This document shows, piece after piece, positions 63,278-64,000 of a stretch of 64,000 nucleotides of DNA. Position 1 is the first letter of the stretch. The number at the start of each line of letters is the position of its first letter. The stretch is from contig MU004236.1 in assembly GCA_010405405.1 (NCBI GenBank), positions 1,122,070 to 1,186,069 of the forward strand, written 5' to 3'. This DNA comes from Microthyrium microscopicum. Taxonomy: Eukaryota. The notes beneath the pieces were generated by a model. The model had not been told where the DNA came from. It made no database searches and saw nothing but the letters and a program-made list of their open reading frames with translations. A program made the translations under genes and the position numbers.

Positions 63278-64000
63278 ATGGCGTCCGTCCTACCACCGCC
63301 TCTCGCATGTCCTTTGGATTTGCCATTCGGAGAGTCGTCTTACATGAGGTCCCGGTCGTCCTGCGCAGATGAAACTAGTACCATTCGACGACATGTTTTA
63401 CGTAGTAACTCTCCAGCTTCATACGGCACCGTTTCATCATTGCCTTCCGGATTACTTGGTACTCAGAAAGAGAATAGCCCGTTATCTGGATCCGCGTCCT
63501 CTCTCCTAAACTTCAAACTCTTCGATTCATATTCTACGGGTGCCGCTCCACGACGGTCTTGGAGCTGGGCGGTCCCGGGCGAACCATCCAATTTGACTCC
63601 ACGTCATCCAACTGCTTTCACGATTGACGACACTCTCATACCTAATGATACGCCTGACTCAGAAGGAGAGGACCAGTTGACCGTTCTACATCTTTCTAAT
63701 CCAGATACATCTTCGACTTCAAGTGAGCCAGCACCATCTATTGAACTAGAGGATGCTTCTTCGTCCTCTGTGGATCTGCTAGGCGTTGGTGAAGAAGCAG
63801 GTCATTCATCCCGTCCTACCACACCTCAACAAGCTGGTAGCGATGATGATGGCACAAGTGCTTTGGATGATGAGGTCAAGGAAGGACAAACTTCACCTTT
63901 CAAGCGGTGGCTTCGAGTCCTGCGAAAGAGAAACCAGCCTCAGGCCCCTCTGCATGCTCCAGAGCAGCGCTGGGTTCTAGATGACTTTAACAACGGTGCA
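63278..64000 (+). CDS. 5' part of an uncharacterised protein running off the window (possibly the N-terminus of a RhoGEF-type protein)
   Basis: ATG at 63278 opens a frame with no stop to the window end; S-rich, with PFKRWLRVLRKR and RWVLDDF motifs. The family guess is weak recall. Confidence 0.55.
   Translation, partial: MASVLPPPLACPLDLPFGESSYMRSRSSCADETSTIRRHVLRSNSPASYGTVSSLPSGLLGTQKENSPLSGSASSLLNFKLFDSYSTGAAPRRSWSWAVPGEPSNLTPRHPTAFTIDDTLIPNDTPDSEGEDQLTVLHLSNPDTSSTSSEPAPSIELEDASSSSVDLLGVGEEAGHSSRPTTPQQAGSDDDGTSALDDEVKEGQTSPFKRWLRVLRKRNQPQAPLHAPEQRWVLDDFNNGA

Overview
Gene-dense chromosomal window of a filamentous ascomycete (Pezizomycotina; short ~50-nt GT-AG introns with CTRAY-type branch points, active RIP). 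It holds about 22 protein-coding genes: App1-type phosphatidate phosphatase (5' partial), PP2A A subunit, Phe-tRNA synthetase beta, Spp1-like PHD protein, Nse3/MAGE, PRPP synthetase, RPS6, a FAD oxidoreductase, a P450, three intronless low-complexity ORFs, a Hos4-like ankyrin protein, Ku80, a Dfg10-like reductase, an AreB-type GATA factor, an ALDH, an ABCB transporter, an Mtc6-like protein, Ran, Nas2 and a 3' partial ORF. The AT-rich block at 41777-49026, which has no ORFs, is a full-length Ty1/copia LTR retrotransposon destroyed by RIP. It has 295-bp LTRs, TG...CA ends and a 5-bp CAATC target-site duplication, and its two outer ends escaped mutation. The other notable signals are three unusually long introns with hand-predicted stem-loops (ku80, areB, mtc6), a nested-stem intergenic region near 28.8-29.1 kb, and a recurrent C-rich to G-rich switch at the 3' end of many CDSs. 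All protein names come from motif recognition and all structures from pairing by eye; no searches or folding programs were run. I found no clearly new multi-gene system.
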